Source: Bacteroidia bacterium (GTDB lineage Bacteria > Bacteroidota > Bacteroidia > 2-12-FULL-35-15). Taken from it: a stretch of DNA of 49,153 nt. Location of the stretch: assembly GCA_038258655.1 (NCBI GenBank), contig JBBSPS010000003.1:1-49153 (forward strand), in the 5' to 3' direction. Positions 38,201-47,738 of the stretch are shown one piece after another. The notes beneath the pieces are model-generated. The model saw only the letters and a program-made list of their open reading frames with translations, was not told the DNA's origin and did not search any database. Numbering within the stretch: the stretch's first letter is position 1; each line of letters opens with the position of its first letter. The position numbers were made by a program, and so were the translations under genes.

Positions 38201-39262
38201 TTAAATATTCGAGAGTAAATACACTGAATGATCTGCATCTAAAAAAGTATTGTAAATAAGTATATTTTTAATTGACGTATGATTATTTTCGTCAATTAAT
38301 ACTGCTTGTGGAATGGTTTGTTTTTTCAACATCATCGCTGCAAGCCACAAAGCAAAGCTTCCGGAAGTTTGATATTCTCCACACAAATGTTTAAAATAAG
38401 TTGATGTGCTTTTTTTGAAATAGTTATTTTTTAAATTATAATAGGTCTTATCAAAACGCGCATCACCATTTATTCCATAAACCACCACATCAATATCATT
38501 TGCTGTTAAGCCTTTTTCTTTTAAGAATTCTGAAACTTTATTTTCAATTTCTGAATTGTTTTCAGGTTTGTAAATAGTTTTTACTCCGCGAAGTTTAGCG
38601 TAACTATTTCTACTTGCCTCATAACTTAAAACAAAAAATGCAGCGCCTTCTCCGGCAATACTACCATTGGTTTTGCTATTGATTAGTCCTATCGTAGAAA
38701 CAGTTTCTTTTTTCCAATATCCAATCCGGTCACAAACACGATAATATTTATCTGTCATTTCATCGTGTCCACCGATTAATACATTTTTTGCGCCTTCAGC
38801 AATTGTCATCCAACCATCCAATACAGCGCTCTCAAAAGAAAATCCTTTATGGACATATGTGAAATTATAATTCATACACTTTAGCTGCAAAGCGATTTGC
38901 GCACTTACAGTATTGTGAGTAGATTGTATAAATGCAGTAGGAGTAAGGAATTGTTCATCATTTTCAATGATAGCCAATAAAAACTTTTCCGTGTCTTCCA
39001 AGCAACCAAGAGCAGTTCCTGTCATTATCGCATCTGGTATTTCAATGCCTGCATCTTTAAAACAAACTGTGGATGCGGCAATACTCATTTTGATGATGCG
39101 AGCCATTCTTCTTGCCATCGTAGGGTTTAGGAAATCTTTATAAGAAGGTTCTATACAACGCAATGAATTAGTATTATGCTCAATAACATCAGATAAAAAA
39201 TCGGTTGTATCAAATGTTTTCTGCGGAGAAATTATTCCTATGCCGTTGATGTAAGCTTCCAT
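38201..39262 (-). CDS. Beta-ketoacyl synthase chain-length-factor-like protein
   Basis: LTPTAFIQSTHNT and GEGAAFF motifs; no TAC catalytic Cys. Confidence 0.85.
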   Translation of the reverse strand: MEAYINGIGIISPQKTFDTTDFLSDVIEHNTNSLRCIEPSYKDFLNPTMARRMARIIKMSIAASTVCFKDAGIEIPDAIMTGTALGCLEDTEKFLLAIIENDEQFLTPTAFIQSTHNTVSAQIALQLKCMNYNFTYVHKGFSFESAVLDGWMTIAEGAKNVLIGGHDEMTDKYYRVCDRIGYWKKETVSTIGLINSKTNGSIAGEGAAFFVLSYEASRNSYAKLRGVKTIYKPENNSEIENKVSEFLKEKGLTANDIDVVVYGINGDARFDKTYYNLKNNYFKKSTSTYFKHLCGEYQTSGSFALWLAAMMLKKQTIPQAVLIDENNHTSIKNILIYNTFLDADHSVYLLSNI

Positions 39263-39314
39263 TTATAATTATTGCCTTATAAAGGTTAAAAACCTGTGAT
39301 ACTATTTCCACAGG

Positions 39315-40523
39315 TTAAGAACCTGCGCTACGTGAAAAAATTAATGCTGAAGTATTTCCTCCAAAACCAAAAGAATTGGACAACACATGATCAATAGTTT
39401 TATCAGTAACCATTTTTTGTGTGGGGACAAAACTAAGCTCAGTCATTGGATGTACATAATTTAAATTCGGATACACCATATTGTATTTGATCGCCAGAAC
39501 AGAGAATACTGCTTCAATTCCGCCACACGCGCCTAATGTGTGTCCTGTAAATGTTTTTGTAGAACTAATAAGCGGTACATTCTTATTGAACATGCGATCA
39601 ATTGCAGTTCCTTCAGACAGGTCGTTTATTTGTGTTCCTGTACCATGAGCATTGATGTAATCAATGTCATTCGGCTTTAATCCACTTACTTTGAAAGCCT
39701 TTTCCATCGCAAGGTATGCGCCGGCGCCATCAGGTGAAGAAGCAGTTTGATGATACGCATCATTTGAATTTCCGTAGCCGGAAAGTTCACAAAATATTTC
39801 TTTTCCTTGTGCAGCCTTTTCGGATTCAATAATAATAAAACCGGCGCCTTCTCCGAGATTTAAACCTTTTCGTTCTGCATCAAATGGTTTGCACTGTTCT
39901 TTATCTAAGATCATCAAGGTCATAAAACCGTTGATGGTAAAACGTGATAGAGAATCGGCTCCACCAACAATCACACGATCCAAAATACCATGTTTTATTA
40001 ATCGTGCGCCAAACATAATGGAATTTGCGGAAGAAGAACAAGCGGTACTGATAGTAGATAAATAATCTTTAACACCTAATTGATCGGCAATAAATTCTGT
40101 ACTATCACCACATTCATGAGCTTCAATGTATTTTAGCCAGTCACCCAATTTTTCAGGGTTCAAATAATCTATCCACAGATCTTCCGTCATTCCCATTCCA
40201 CCTACGCTTGTGGCGGAAATAATTCCTGTCCTAAATTCTTTTATATTTTTTATGCCGGCGCTTATTACAGCTTCCTTTGCTGCTATAGCACCCAGAAGCG
40301 CTGTTCTTGAAGTTTTCGTATCAGCAGGCAATCCGGCTAATTTTATTAATTCTTCATTCGTTAATTTCACTTCACCAACCGGAACATTTTCTTTATGACG
40401 GGTTCTGATATTATTCAATTCGCCAATGCCTGATCTTTGTTGGTTAAAAGAATCAAGTGTTTCGGCTACATTGTTTCCAATAGCAGATATTATTCCGAGG
40501 CCGGTTACTAAGATTTTACTCAT
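39315..40523 (-). CDS. Beta-ketoacyl-ACP synthase (aryl-polyene/flexirubin KS)
   Basis: STACSSS, INAHGTGT, GHTLGA and SNSFGFGG motifs. Confidence 0.92.
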   Translation of the reverse strand: MSKILVTGLGIISAIGNNVAETLDSFNQQRSGIGELNNIRTRHKENVPVGEVKLTNEELIKLAGLPADTKTSRTALLGAIAAKEAVISAGIKNIKEFRTGIISATSVGGMGMTEDLWIDYLNPEKLGDWLKYIEAHECGDSTEFIADQLGVKDYLSTISTACSSSANSIMFGARLIKHGILDRVIVGGADSLSRFTINGFMTLMILDKEQCKPFDAERKGLNLGEGAGFIIIESEKAAQGKEIFCELSGYGNSNDAYHQTASSPDGAGAYLAMEKAFKVSGLKPNDIDYINAHGTGTQINDLSEGTAIDRMFNKNVPLISSTKTFTGHTLGACGGIEAVFSVLAIKYNMVYPNLNYVHPMTELSFVPTQKMVTDKTIDHVLSNSFGFGGNTSALIFSRSAGS

Positions 40524-40601
40524 GATTCATTAGGCAGTTATTCAATAGACAGTAGGCAATTAAATGTATATTGTCTACTGAACAATTGTTTAATTGCCGA
40601 A

Positions 40602-40856
40602 TTATTTCTTATTCGCTTTAATAAATTCTGCCATGGTACGTATCGATTGAAATATTTTTTTTCCATCAGCAGGGTTCGCGATCTTAATTCCGTAATTTTT
40701 TTCTAATAGTACGATCAGCTCTAATGCGTCAATAGAATCTAATCCAAGCCCTTCGCCGAAAAGCGCTGCATCGTTATCAATGTCTTCCTTTTTTACATCT
40801 TCTAAATTTAATTGTTCGATAATTTCGCCCTTCAGTTGATCAATTAATGCATCCAT
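40602..40856 (-). CDS. Acyl carrier protein
   Basis: LFGEGLGLDSIDALEL motif. Confidence 0.93.
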   Translation of the reverse strand: MDALIDQLKGEIIEQLNLEDVKKEDIDNDAALFGEGLGLDSIDALELIVLLEKNYGIKIANPADGKKIFQSIRTMAEFIKANKK

Positions 40857-40866
40857 AGTTTTTATT

Positions 40867-41493
40867 TTATTTATATAATTTATTTAATTGTTCTGTAGTG
40901 TGTTCTATATTTAATTCTGCCGGTTGTTTTTCAACTGTATACAAAAATGCTTCGTATTTATTTTTATAAAGATCAACCCAACCGGTGATGCAGCATTGCG
41001 CTTTTTTGCTATCCAAAAGAGAGTTAATATACGAACTCATAAAATCAGCATCAAATTTATCAAATATAAAAAAAGAATTCTCTCCTTTTATACTATTTTT
41101 TATGGCAATCTCACCTATTAAAATATTAGGTAAGGTATATACAAATACGGCCGGACTGGGAAAATAATTGCTTTTGTCAGAAATAGTTGACTGATGCACG
41201 GTATCTACCTCTAATGAAGACGCACTGTTAGCAATAATTATAGCAATGTCTTCGGATTTATATTTATCAGTTATTTTATTCTCTTTCAGCAATAATTCCG
41301 ATGCAATAAATGCTAATTTACAAAGGCTGTCCATTTTAAAAAACTTTGGATAAGCCAATTGATAGTGCTTATATGCCAATTTTAAAAAATCAACAGCCTC
41401 CGTTTCAATGTTTGTATAAGAGACGGCATCATTAACCGCCATCTTACCTGACCTTATTTTACAACTAGCTGTTATGTAATTTTTTGTACTCAT
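40867..41493 (-). CDS. KS N-terminal-like protein (flexirubin cluster)
   Basis: YPKFFKMDSLCKL and PSPAVFVYTLPNI motifs. Confidence 0.85.
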   Translation of the reverse strand: MSTKNYITASCKIRSGKMAVNDAVSYTNIETEAVDFLKLAYKHYQLAYPKFFKMDSLCKLAFIASELLLKENKITDKYKSEDIAIIIANSASSLEVDTVHQSTISDKSNYFPSPAVFVYTLPNILIGEIAIKNSIKGENSFFIFDKFDADFMSSYINSLLDSKKAQCCITGWVDLYKNKYEAFLYTVEKQPAELNIEHTTEQLNKLYK

Positions 41494-41495
41494 TT

Positions 41496-42668
41496 TTATT
41501 CCGCGCTTTCCTTTTGAAACAATACTGCTGCATTACAACCACCAAAGCCTGCGGCTGTTTTAAGGCAGGTATCAATAGTTGCCTGTTGTGTTTCCTTAAT
41601 AATATTAATGGATTTTGAAACCCCTAATTCACTAAAATTATATGTTCCAATCAATGTATTTTCTTGCATGGAATGAATACCTATAATAGATTCAATAATA
41701 CCCGCAGCACCTAACGTATGGCCGAAATAACTTTTTAAACTATTCATAGGAGTACTAGCAAGATTTGCATCTGTAATTGCAAGCGATTCCATTTCATCAT
41801 TAAATAATGTGGCTGTGCCGTGCCCGGAAATATAATCCACTTCGGATGGTTTTACATTCGATTCTTTCAATGTTTTTTCGATAGCGAGCAAAAGCCCGTC
41901 CCCTGTGCGTGATGGACCTGAAATGTGATTGGCATCATTGGAACTTGCACCACCTTTTACAGCAATTAGTTGTTGGATGTTGGTTGCTAGTTGTCGGTTA
42001 TTGGTTAAAACAATCGTTCCACAACCTTCACCTAATGATATTCCATCGCGTGAAGCATCATAAGGTTTGCAAATCTGAGTACTAATTGCTTTAAAGGATT
42101 GAAATCCTGAAACAACAAACTCTGTTAGAATATCTACACCTGTTACAATAATGGTATCGTATTGATCATTTTCGAGTAATCGTTTTCCTAAAATAATGGC
42201 TAAAACACCTGAAATACAAGCATTCGAAACAATCAACGGTTTATTTGGATTACTGAAATAGTTAGCGATCAAGCTTGCTGTTTCCCAAAGATAAACTCGT
42301 TTTTTATCAAATTTAGAAGCCTGTGTAGCATCTAACAGGTCAATGTTCCCTTTTGTTGTAGATAAAATAAAAAGTGTTTTTTTACTTACAATATCAATAT
42401 TCGAATTTTGTTTTAACGCATTCTGTATAGATAATATCACCAGTTTTTCCAAACGCGTGTATTCTTGTTTTGGATTTAATTTTTGAAATTCAGAATTTAT
42501 TTTTTGCGAATCGATAATTGCAGCGGAAAATGGTTCGCGTGAAAGGGCAGAGTTTTCAAATCGTTGAACACCGGTTTGCATTTTTTTGAGCTTCTCAAAA
42601 TTTTCAGAGCTCGTAAAACCGAGAGGAGAGATAATATTATCGGCGGTTATGTATGTTGTATGTTGCAA
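41496..42668 (-). CDS. Beta-ketoacyl synthase (start probably TTG 42668)
   Basis: SNACISG, DANHISGPSRTG, HGTAT.FNDEME and GHTLGAAG motifs. Confidence 0.9.
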   Translation of the reverse strand: MQHTTYITADNIISPLGFTSSENFEKLKKMQTGVQRFENSALSREPFSAAIIDSQKINSEFQKLNPKQEYTRLEKLVILSIQNALKQNSNIDIVSKKTLFILSTTKGNIDLLDATQASKFDKKRVYLWETASLIANYFSNPNKPLIVSNACISGVLAIILGKRLLENDQYDTIIVTGVDILTEFVVSGFQSFKAISTQICKPYDASRDGISLGEGCGTIVLTNNRQLATNIQQLIAVKGGASSNDANHISGPSRTGDGLLLAIEKTLKESNVKPSEVDYISGHGTATLFNDEMESLAITDANLASTPMNSLKSYFGHTLGAAGIIESIIGIHSMQENTLIGTYNFSELGVSKSINIIKETQQATIDTCLKTAAGFGGCNAAVLFQKESAE

Positions 42669-42693
42669 ATTCAGAATTATAAATTTATTTAAT

Positions 42694-43971
42694 TTAGGGC
42701 CTTTTTGCTTTATTGTAAAAATAAGCAATGCCAATCGTTAAAATGAAGAATAATACCAGTTTCAGCAAATAAGGAAAAATGCTGTGAATAGTTCCGTTGC
42801 TTAAAAAAACAGTTTGAAAAGCGCTTAATCCCCAGTAAAGAGGAGAAAATTCAGACAACATTCGGATTGAATCGGGCATCACATACACAGGAACCCAGAT
42901 ACCACCAAGTGCCGCTAAAATAATTACAGATACAGCTCCAAATGTAGAGGCTTGCTGATGCGTATTAAATAATGTACCCACTAACACTCCGTATCCTGTT
43001 GCGGCTAAACCACTACACATGGCAATTACAATGATGGCTATGGCGCTGGAACCAATTACTAATGTTGGTAAACCAAACAGTGGTAAAAAATAAATACCAA
43101 CCAATAACATTAGGAAACATTGAATCATGCAAATAAAAAGGTAAGCAGAAATTTTTCCGGTTAACACCGTAATGTAAGAGCCTGGCATGGTAAGTACACG
43201 AAGGTAACTTCCGTCCTCACGCTCTTTGATAATGCTACCTGCAAGGGAGATCACTATAAAAAACATTCCGAAGATGGTCCAGGCGGGAACATTATGCTGC
43301 ACAGAATTCAGTTCAAAATTTTCATTTTTCCTTCCGGTTGCGTCTTGTTCCTGAAAATTAACAAAATCTGCAATCGGCTCAGCGGCAGTAGTTTCAGTTT
43401 CCGATTTATTTAATGAGTTTTTAAAAAAAGAAAGTAATGTTTGAGTTTCCAGTTTAGATGAAAATTGTTTTAATGAACTGAGTATGGATGACTGGAATGA
43501 TTTTTTTGTGCCCGGAGCAAAGTAAATAATAATGTTTAGTGCTGTATCTGGAAGTGTAATCGCTGGTTTTGTAGAATCCGAAAGTCCAATACCTGCAAGA
43601 GTTTTTGAAACAAAACTATTCACTTTTGCATTTAATTTTTGAGTGGCGTCAGCAGGAATAATAATCCCAATTTCGTACTTACTACTCGCAATACTTTGTT
43701 TTGCTTCACTTTCAGAAATTGCCGTGGCATTGATCGCAAATATTTTTGATCCTTTCAGGTCTGCTTCAATTGTTTTTCCTAATGTACTCGTGTCATTATT
43801 TACCAACAACAATGGTATTTTCAACTCCTGATAATCGCGGAAAGGCGTATCCTGGATTAATGACATAATGGTGATCATTGCCATCGGCATTAAAAAAAGT
43901 ATGGCAAGCCCTGCCTTATCCCGCACTAGGATCAGTAATTCTTTTCGTATAGTTGAGAGTAATCGTAACAT
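42694..43971 (-). CDS. ABC-2 type transporter permease
   Basis: KELLILVRD..GL..LFLMP, VQHNVPAW and ALGGIWVP motifs. Confidence 0.9.
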   Translation of the reverse strand: MLRLLSTIRKELLILVRDKAGLAILFLMPMAMITIMSLIQDTPFRDYQELKIPLLLVNNDTSTLGKTIEADLKGSKIFAINATAISESEAKQSIASSKYEIGIIIPADATQKLNAKVNSFVSKTLAGIGLSDSTKPAITLPDTALNIIIYFAPGTKKSFQSSILSSLKQFSSKLETQTLLSFFKNSLNKSETETTAAEPIADFVNFQEQDATGRKNENFELNSVQHNVPAWTIFGMFFIVISLAGSIIKEREDGSYLRVLTMPGSYITVLTGKISAYLFICMIQCFLMLLVGIYFLPLFGLPTLVIGSSAIAIIVIAMCSGLAATGYGVLVGTLFNTHQQASTFGAVSVIILAALGGIWVPVYVMPDSIRMLSEFSPLYWGLSAFQTVFLSNGTIHSIFPYLLKLVLFFILTIGIAYFYNKAKRP

Positions 43972-44073
43972 CCAATTATGTAATTATGCAGTAGGCAATT
44001 TTCTCATTTAACAACTAAGTATTTATTTAAATTCTCCATTGTTGAATTGCCGACTCTTAATTGCCTGCATTTT

Positions 44074-44823
44074 TTAATCTCGCAATTTCTTTCCTGTTAA
44101 TTTTAAAAACAACTGTTCTAAATTCCCTACTGAATGTTGCGCGATCAACTTTTTTGGTTTTCCCCTTTCAATAATTTCACCGTTATCAATAATAGCAATA
44201 TCCGAGCATAAATTTTCGGCTTCCTCCATTAAATGTGAAGTATAAATAATTGTCATTCCTTGTTTATTAAGCTGATGCAAATGTTCTGTAATTACATTGC
44301 GTGATTGAACATCCACGCCTACTGTCGGTTCATCCAAAAATAAAATTTCTGGTTGATGCAAAATACCCGCGATCAAATTTATTCTGCGTTTCATTCCTCC
44401 TGAAAACGTTTCAATACGTTTATTTGCATGCGTTTGCAATCCAACTATTTCAAGATGTTCATTAATTTTTTCTTTTAGGTTTTTGCCTTTCAGTCCATAC
44501 ATATTTCCAATGTATTGAAGATTCTCAAATGCTGTAAGAGTAGGGTACAGTGCAATTTCTTGGGGAACAACCCCAATAATGTGTTTTATTTTTTCAAGAT
44601 GTTGAGAGAGCAATAGATCATTAATTTTTACATCTCCACTCGATGGTTGTAATAATCCGCAAAGGATAGAAAGTATAGTTGTTTTACCTGCTCCATTTGG
44701 CCCTAATAAACCAAAAATACTCCCTTTGTCAACTGTAAAAGAAATACTATTGATGGCAGGATGATCAGCTCTTTTATATATTTTACTAAGTTGGTCTATC
44801 TCAATTACAGTACAAATGGTCAT
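44074..44823 (-). CDS. ABC transporter ATP-binding protein
   Basis: GPNGAGKT, FSGGMKRR and LDEPTVGVD motifs. Confidence 0.93.
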   Translation of the reverse strand: MTICTVIEIDQLSKIYKRADHPAINSISFTVDKGSIFGLLGPNGAGKTTILSILCGLLQPSSGDVKINDLLLSQHLEKIKHIIGVVPQEIALYPTLTAFENLQYIGNMYGLKGKNLKEKINEHLEIVGLQTHANKRIETFSGGMKRRINLIAGILHQPEILFLDEPTVGVDVQSRNVITEHLHQLNKQGMTIIYTSHLMEEAENLCSDIAIIDNGEIIERGKPKKLIAQHSVGNLEQLFLKLTGKKLRD

Positions 44824-44937
44824 TAAAAATAATTGTTGAATAAATAATTGTTAATTTATCAATCCAAAATAACAAAAACTACCGTAAATAATAGCAAATA
44901 TAATCAAAGTAATTCCTTAAGGTCAAAACAAAAATTT

Positions 44938-45016
44938 ACCGTTAAATAAATAAATCGACCGTTAAATAAAATTTGAACTGAAAATTTTGGAAAAGTAAAT
45001 TTAAACTGTATGTTTG
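44938..45016 (+). promoter_or_regulatory. Promoter of RiPP cluster 2 with an upstream 13-bp direct repeat
   Basis: ACCGTTAAATAAA at 44938 and 44958; TTTG 44986-44989, 19-nt spacer, TATGTTTG 45009-45016. Confidence 0.6.
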
Positions 45017-45127
45017 AAACAAATTTTGAAAATTGATACGTAGCAATTATCTAAATTTTAGAAGTGGCTAATATCCTAACACTTAAAAAAATGGATTATA
45101 ATTATTAACAATTAATTTATAAACAAA

Positions 45128-45313
45128 ATGGGTACAGACAAATTAATGAATGCTTTTGAAGCATTTAAGGTAAAAAACCTAGAAGAAGTAAAAGGTGGCT
45201 ATTATAGGGTCACTTGGACAAATGGTAGTGGACTTTGTGATATTCTAAATACTGAAACGGGCGTGGAATATTGCAATCAGGCTGATAATTACTCAGCTGT
45301 TGGACCTGCATAG
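45128..45313 (+). CDS. RiPP (graspetide) precursor peptide, 61 aa, double-glycine leader
   Basis: MGTDKLMNAFEAFKVKNLEEVKGG-YYRVTWTNGSGLCDILNTETGVEYCNQADNYSAVGPA; first gene of an ATP-grasp/SPASM cluster. Confidence 0.85.
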   Translation: MGTDKLMNAFEAFKVKNLEEVKGGYYRVTWTNGSGLCDILNTETGVEYCNQADNYSAVGPA

Positions 45314-45356
45314 CATTTCTTTTTTAATAGCAAAGTAATTAAGCATGCTTTAATAC

Positions 45357-45397
45357 AACCAACGATTATAAATTTTTATAGTCGTTGGTTTGTTTAT
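45357..45397 (+). terminator. Hairpin after precursor 2
   Basis: AACCAACGATTATA/TATAGTCGTTGGTT stem (one G-U pair) followed by TGTTTAT. Confidence 0.65.
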
Positions 45398-45417
45398 CGA
45401 AGTTAACAAAAGATTTT

Positions 45418-46632
45418 ATGAAAAAATATTGTTTAATTGTTTTACTTGTATGTTCTAATCTCCTATTTAGTCAAAATAAGATTGTTCTAAATCGAATAGC
45501 CGAACCAAGTTTATTAGAACTTCTCAATGCCAGTAATGCTTTAATATTGTTTAATTTAAATGACCCTTTTTTTTCCTCAACAAAAAATAAAATTGTGTTC
45601 CCTGCTATTGATTTTATTCCAACGGATACAGCATTTTCATTGCTCTCCAAAAAATCAATTGGAAATTCAAGAATTACAGATGAAAAATTTGTTCTGGTTT
45701 TTAACTACAAAACAAAAACACCTGTTATTTTTGGCTCAAGCATTCCTGATTTTACAAATTCACGGGGAGTTATTTTAACCCCTGAGAAGACGGTTTCCTT
45801 GCAACTTAAAACTGTAGATAATGGGATGATTAAATATTTTATAACAAATGAAAAAAAACAATATTTACAATCAAGCAGTATTCCTCATTTAGATGCTTCA
45901 CCAATCGACCAATCCTTTTGGTTAACATTGAAAAATAATTATACTAAAGCAGGTGACTTTGGTACAAAAAAAACAGCTTTTTCCATTGCAGTTTCTGATA
46001 TCAATAACAATGGCATTTTTAATGATGTCGGAATTGATAAAGTGTTTATTGGTAATGAGAATCAAAAGTATTTTGAAATATATGATAATGAAAATAATTA
46101 CAACTCATGTATTTTAAAACCAAACATAATTTTTGAATCTTGTGGGAAAAAATTTATATTTAATAAGATAGATCCTGATGGTGAAGCTGTCTATTTTAGT
46201 CCCTATTCAGGTGAAAAGGAAAGCGATATTAAAGAACTAAAAAATATTCCCGATTTTAATTTTATCACATTTAAGGGCGACACAACATCAATTCTTAAAC
46301 TAAAAGAGAAAGGCAAATATTTGTATATTGATATATGGGCGAGTTTTTGTAATCCTTGTATAAAGGATTTATCAATTTTTGAAAATTTACAGAAAGAATA
46401 TAAAGGTAAAATTACTATTTTAGGCTTAGTAGATAAGGTTACTATTTTAGAATTGACAAATTTAATAACTAAGTATAATATAACTACACTACAAGGATTA
46501 TCTTCTTCTGAGATTAACAAAAAATTATTATTAAGTGGTTACCCACATGGAATTTTATTTTCTAAGGATGGTAAATTAATTAAAATGAAAATGAATTCTA
46601 CTGAACTTACAACATTTTTAAAAGAGCATTAA
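45418..46632 (+). CDS. Exported protein with C-terminal TlpA-like thioredoxin domain
   Basis: Signal peptide from ATG 45418; IPDFNF, IDIWASFCNPC and GYPHGILFSKDGK motifs. Confidence 0.8.
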   Translation: MKKYCLIVLLVCSNLLFSQNKIVLNRIAEPSLLELLNASNALILFNLNDPFFSSTKNKIVFPAIDFIPTDTAFSLLSKKSIGNSRITDEKFVLVFNYKTKTPVIFGSSIPDFTNSRGVILTPEKTVSLQLKTVDNGMIKYFITNEKKQYLQSSSIPHLDASPIDQSFWLTLKNNYTKAGDFGTKKTAFSIAVSDINNNGIFNDVGIDKVFIGNENQKYFEIYDNENNYNSCILKPNIIFESCGKKFIFNKIDPDGEAVYFSPYSGEKESDIKELKNIPDFNFITFKGDTTSILKLKEKGKYLYIDIWASFCNPCIKDLSIFENLQKEYKGKITILGLVDKVTILELTNLITKYNITTLQGLSSSEINKKLLLSGYPHGILFSKDGKLIKMKMNSTELTTFLKEH

Positions 46633-46644
46633 TGTTAAGCGTTT

Positions 46645-47546
46645 ATGATTTTTATTTTCGGTCTGCATAATGATAGGTCAACAATTGATGTACTAAATTG
46701 GATCCGCAAATTAGAAATAACTAGTGTGCTAATAACTGATTTGAAAGAACTTCAACAACATTTTTGCACTATAAAAAATAAGAAAATTAAAAGTATTTGG
46801 TATAGACAACATAATGAGATTCGATTTGAGAATTTTTGTATTACAAAGAATGAAAGATCATTTCTTTATTTTGAATATGAATATTATTTGAATTTTATTC
46901 AGTCCTCCTTAAAGAATATACGAACATTGGGTGGAGGTTTTGATAAAATGAATCTTAATAAATACCAAACCTTAAATGAGGCCAATAATATTGGTCTACT
47001 CACCCCCTCCACTATCATCACAACATGCAAAAAAGAATTAAAAGAATTTCATTATACATTTAAAAAAATAATAACAAAGCCAATTTTTAATGGCATATCA
47101 ATTGATTTAAACAATGAATATCTTGGTATAATGTATACCTCAATTGTGGAGGAAGAATTGATAAATTCTTTACCTACAACTTTTTTTCCAAGCTTATTTC
47201 AAGAATATATTGAAAAAGAAATTGAATTGCGTATTTTTATTTAGACGGGAAATGCTATTCAGCGGCAATATTTAGTCAGTCGAAATACAATGTGGTAGAT
47301 TATAGGGACAAAGATAAAATAAGAAATCCTCGTACCATTCCATTCAAATTACCTAAAAATATTGAAGATAAACTTGTTTTACTCATGAAGCAATTAAATC
47401 TCAATACAGGTTCAATTGATATAATAAAGACGTTTGATGGTCGTTACGTGTTTTTAGAGGTAAACCCCATTGGTATATATGATGAGATTTCAATAAATTG
47501 TAATTATTACCTTAATAAAAAAGTCGCTGAGTGGTTAACTAACTAA
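46645..47546 (+). pseudogene. gwsG: Grasp-with-SPASM ATP-grasp maturase (cluster 2), split by a 1-nt frameshift
   Basis: ORFs 46645-47244 and 47292-47546 join if one T is added to the T5 run at 47234-47238, giving ...EIELRIFYLDGKCYSAAIFSQSKYNVVDYR...FLEVNPIG, colinear with cluster-1 gwsG. Confidence 0.85.
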
Positions 47547-47555
47547 TACTCTAAT

Positions 47556-47738
47556 ATGAAAATAGAAGATGTAATTAACAAAGAAATATTAGAGAAGTTA
47601 CCTGTTTTATATAGAACGCTCACAATTAGAGAGAAAAATAAAGATGTTACCAATCCACAAAAAATAAAATATTTTACGATGGCTCAACCGTTTTACAAGG
47701 CAACCATTTTACCTTTCAATTTTAATAGTAATGAATAA
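47556..47738 (+). CDS. Small hypothetical protein between gwsG and gwsS
   Basis: 60-aa ORF filling the gap and overlapping the gwsS start by 8 nt. Confidence 0.7.
   Translation: MKIEDVINKEILEKLPVLYRTLTIREKNKDVTNPQKIKYFTMAQPFYKATILPFNFNSNE

Noticed and set aside
39289-39316. AACCTGTG...CACAGGTT hairpin between the KS and CLF genes
   Set aside because: Short stem overlapping the stop codon with a long loop; too weak to call.
42694-44823. ABC transporter as the dedicated RiPP exporter
   Set aside because: No C39 peptidase domain; its sequence type and position match the flexirubin-cluster ABC pair.
47292-47546. Independent 84-aa gene
   Set aside because: It is the C-terminal part of the frameshifted ATP-grasp gene.
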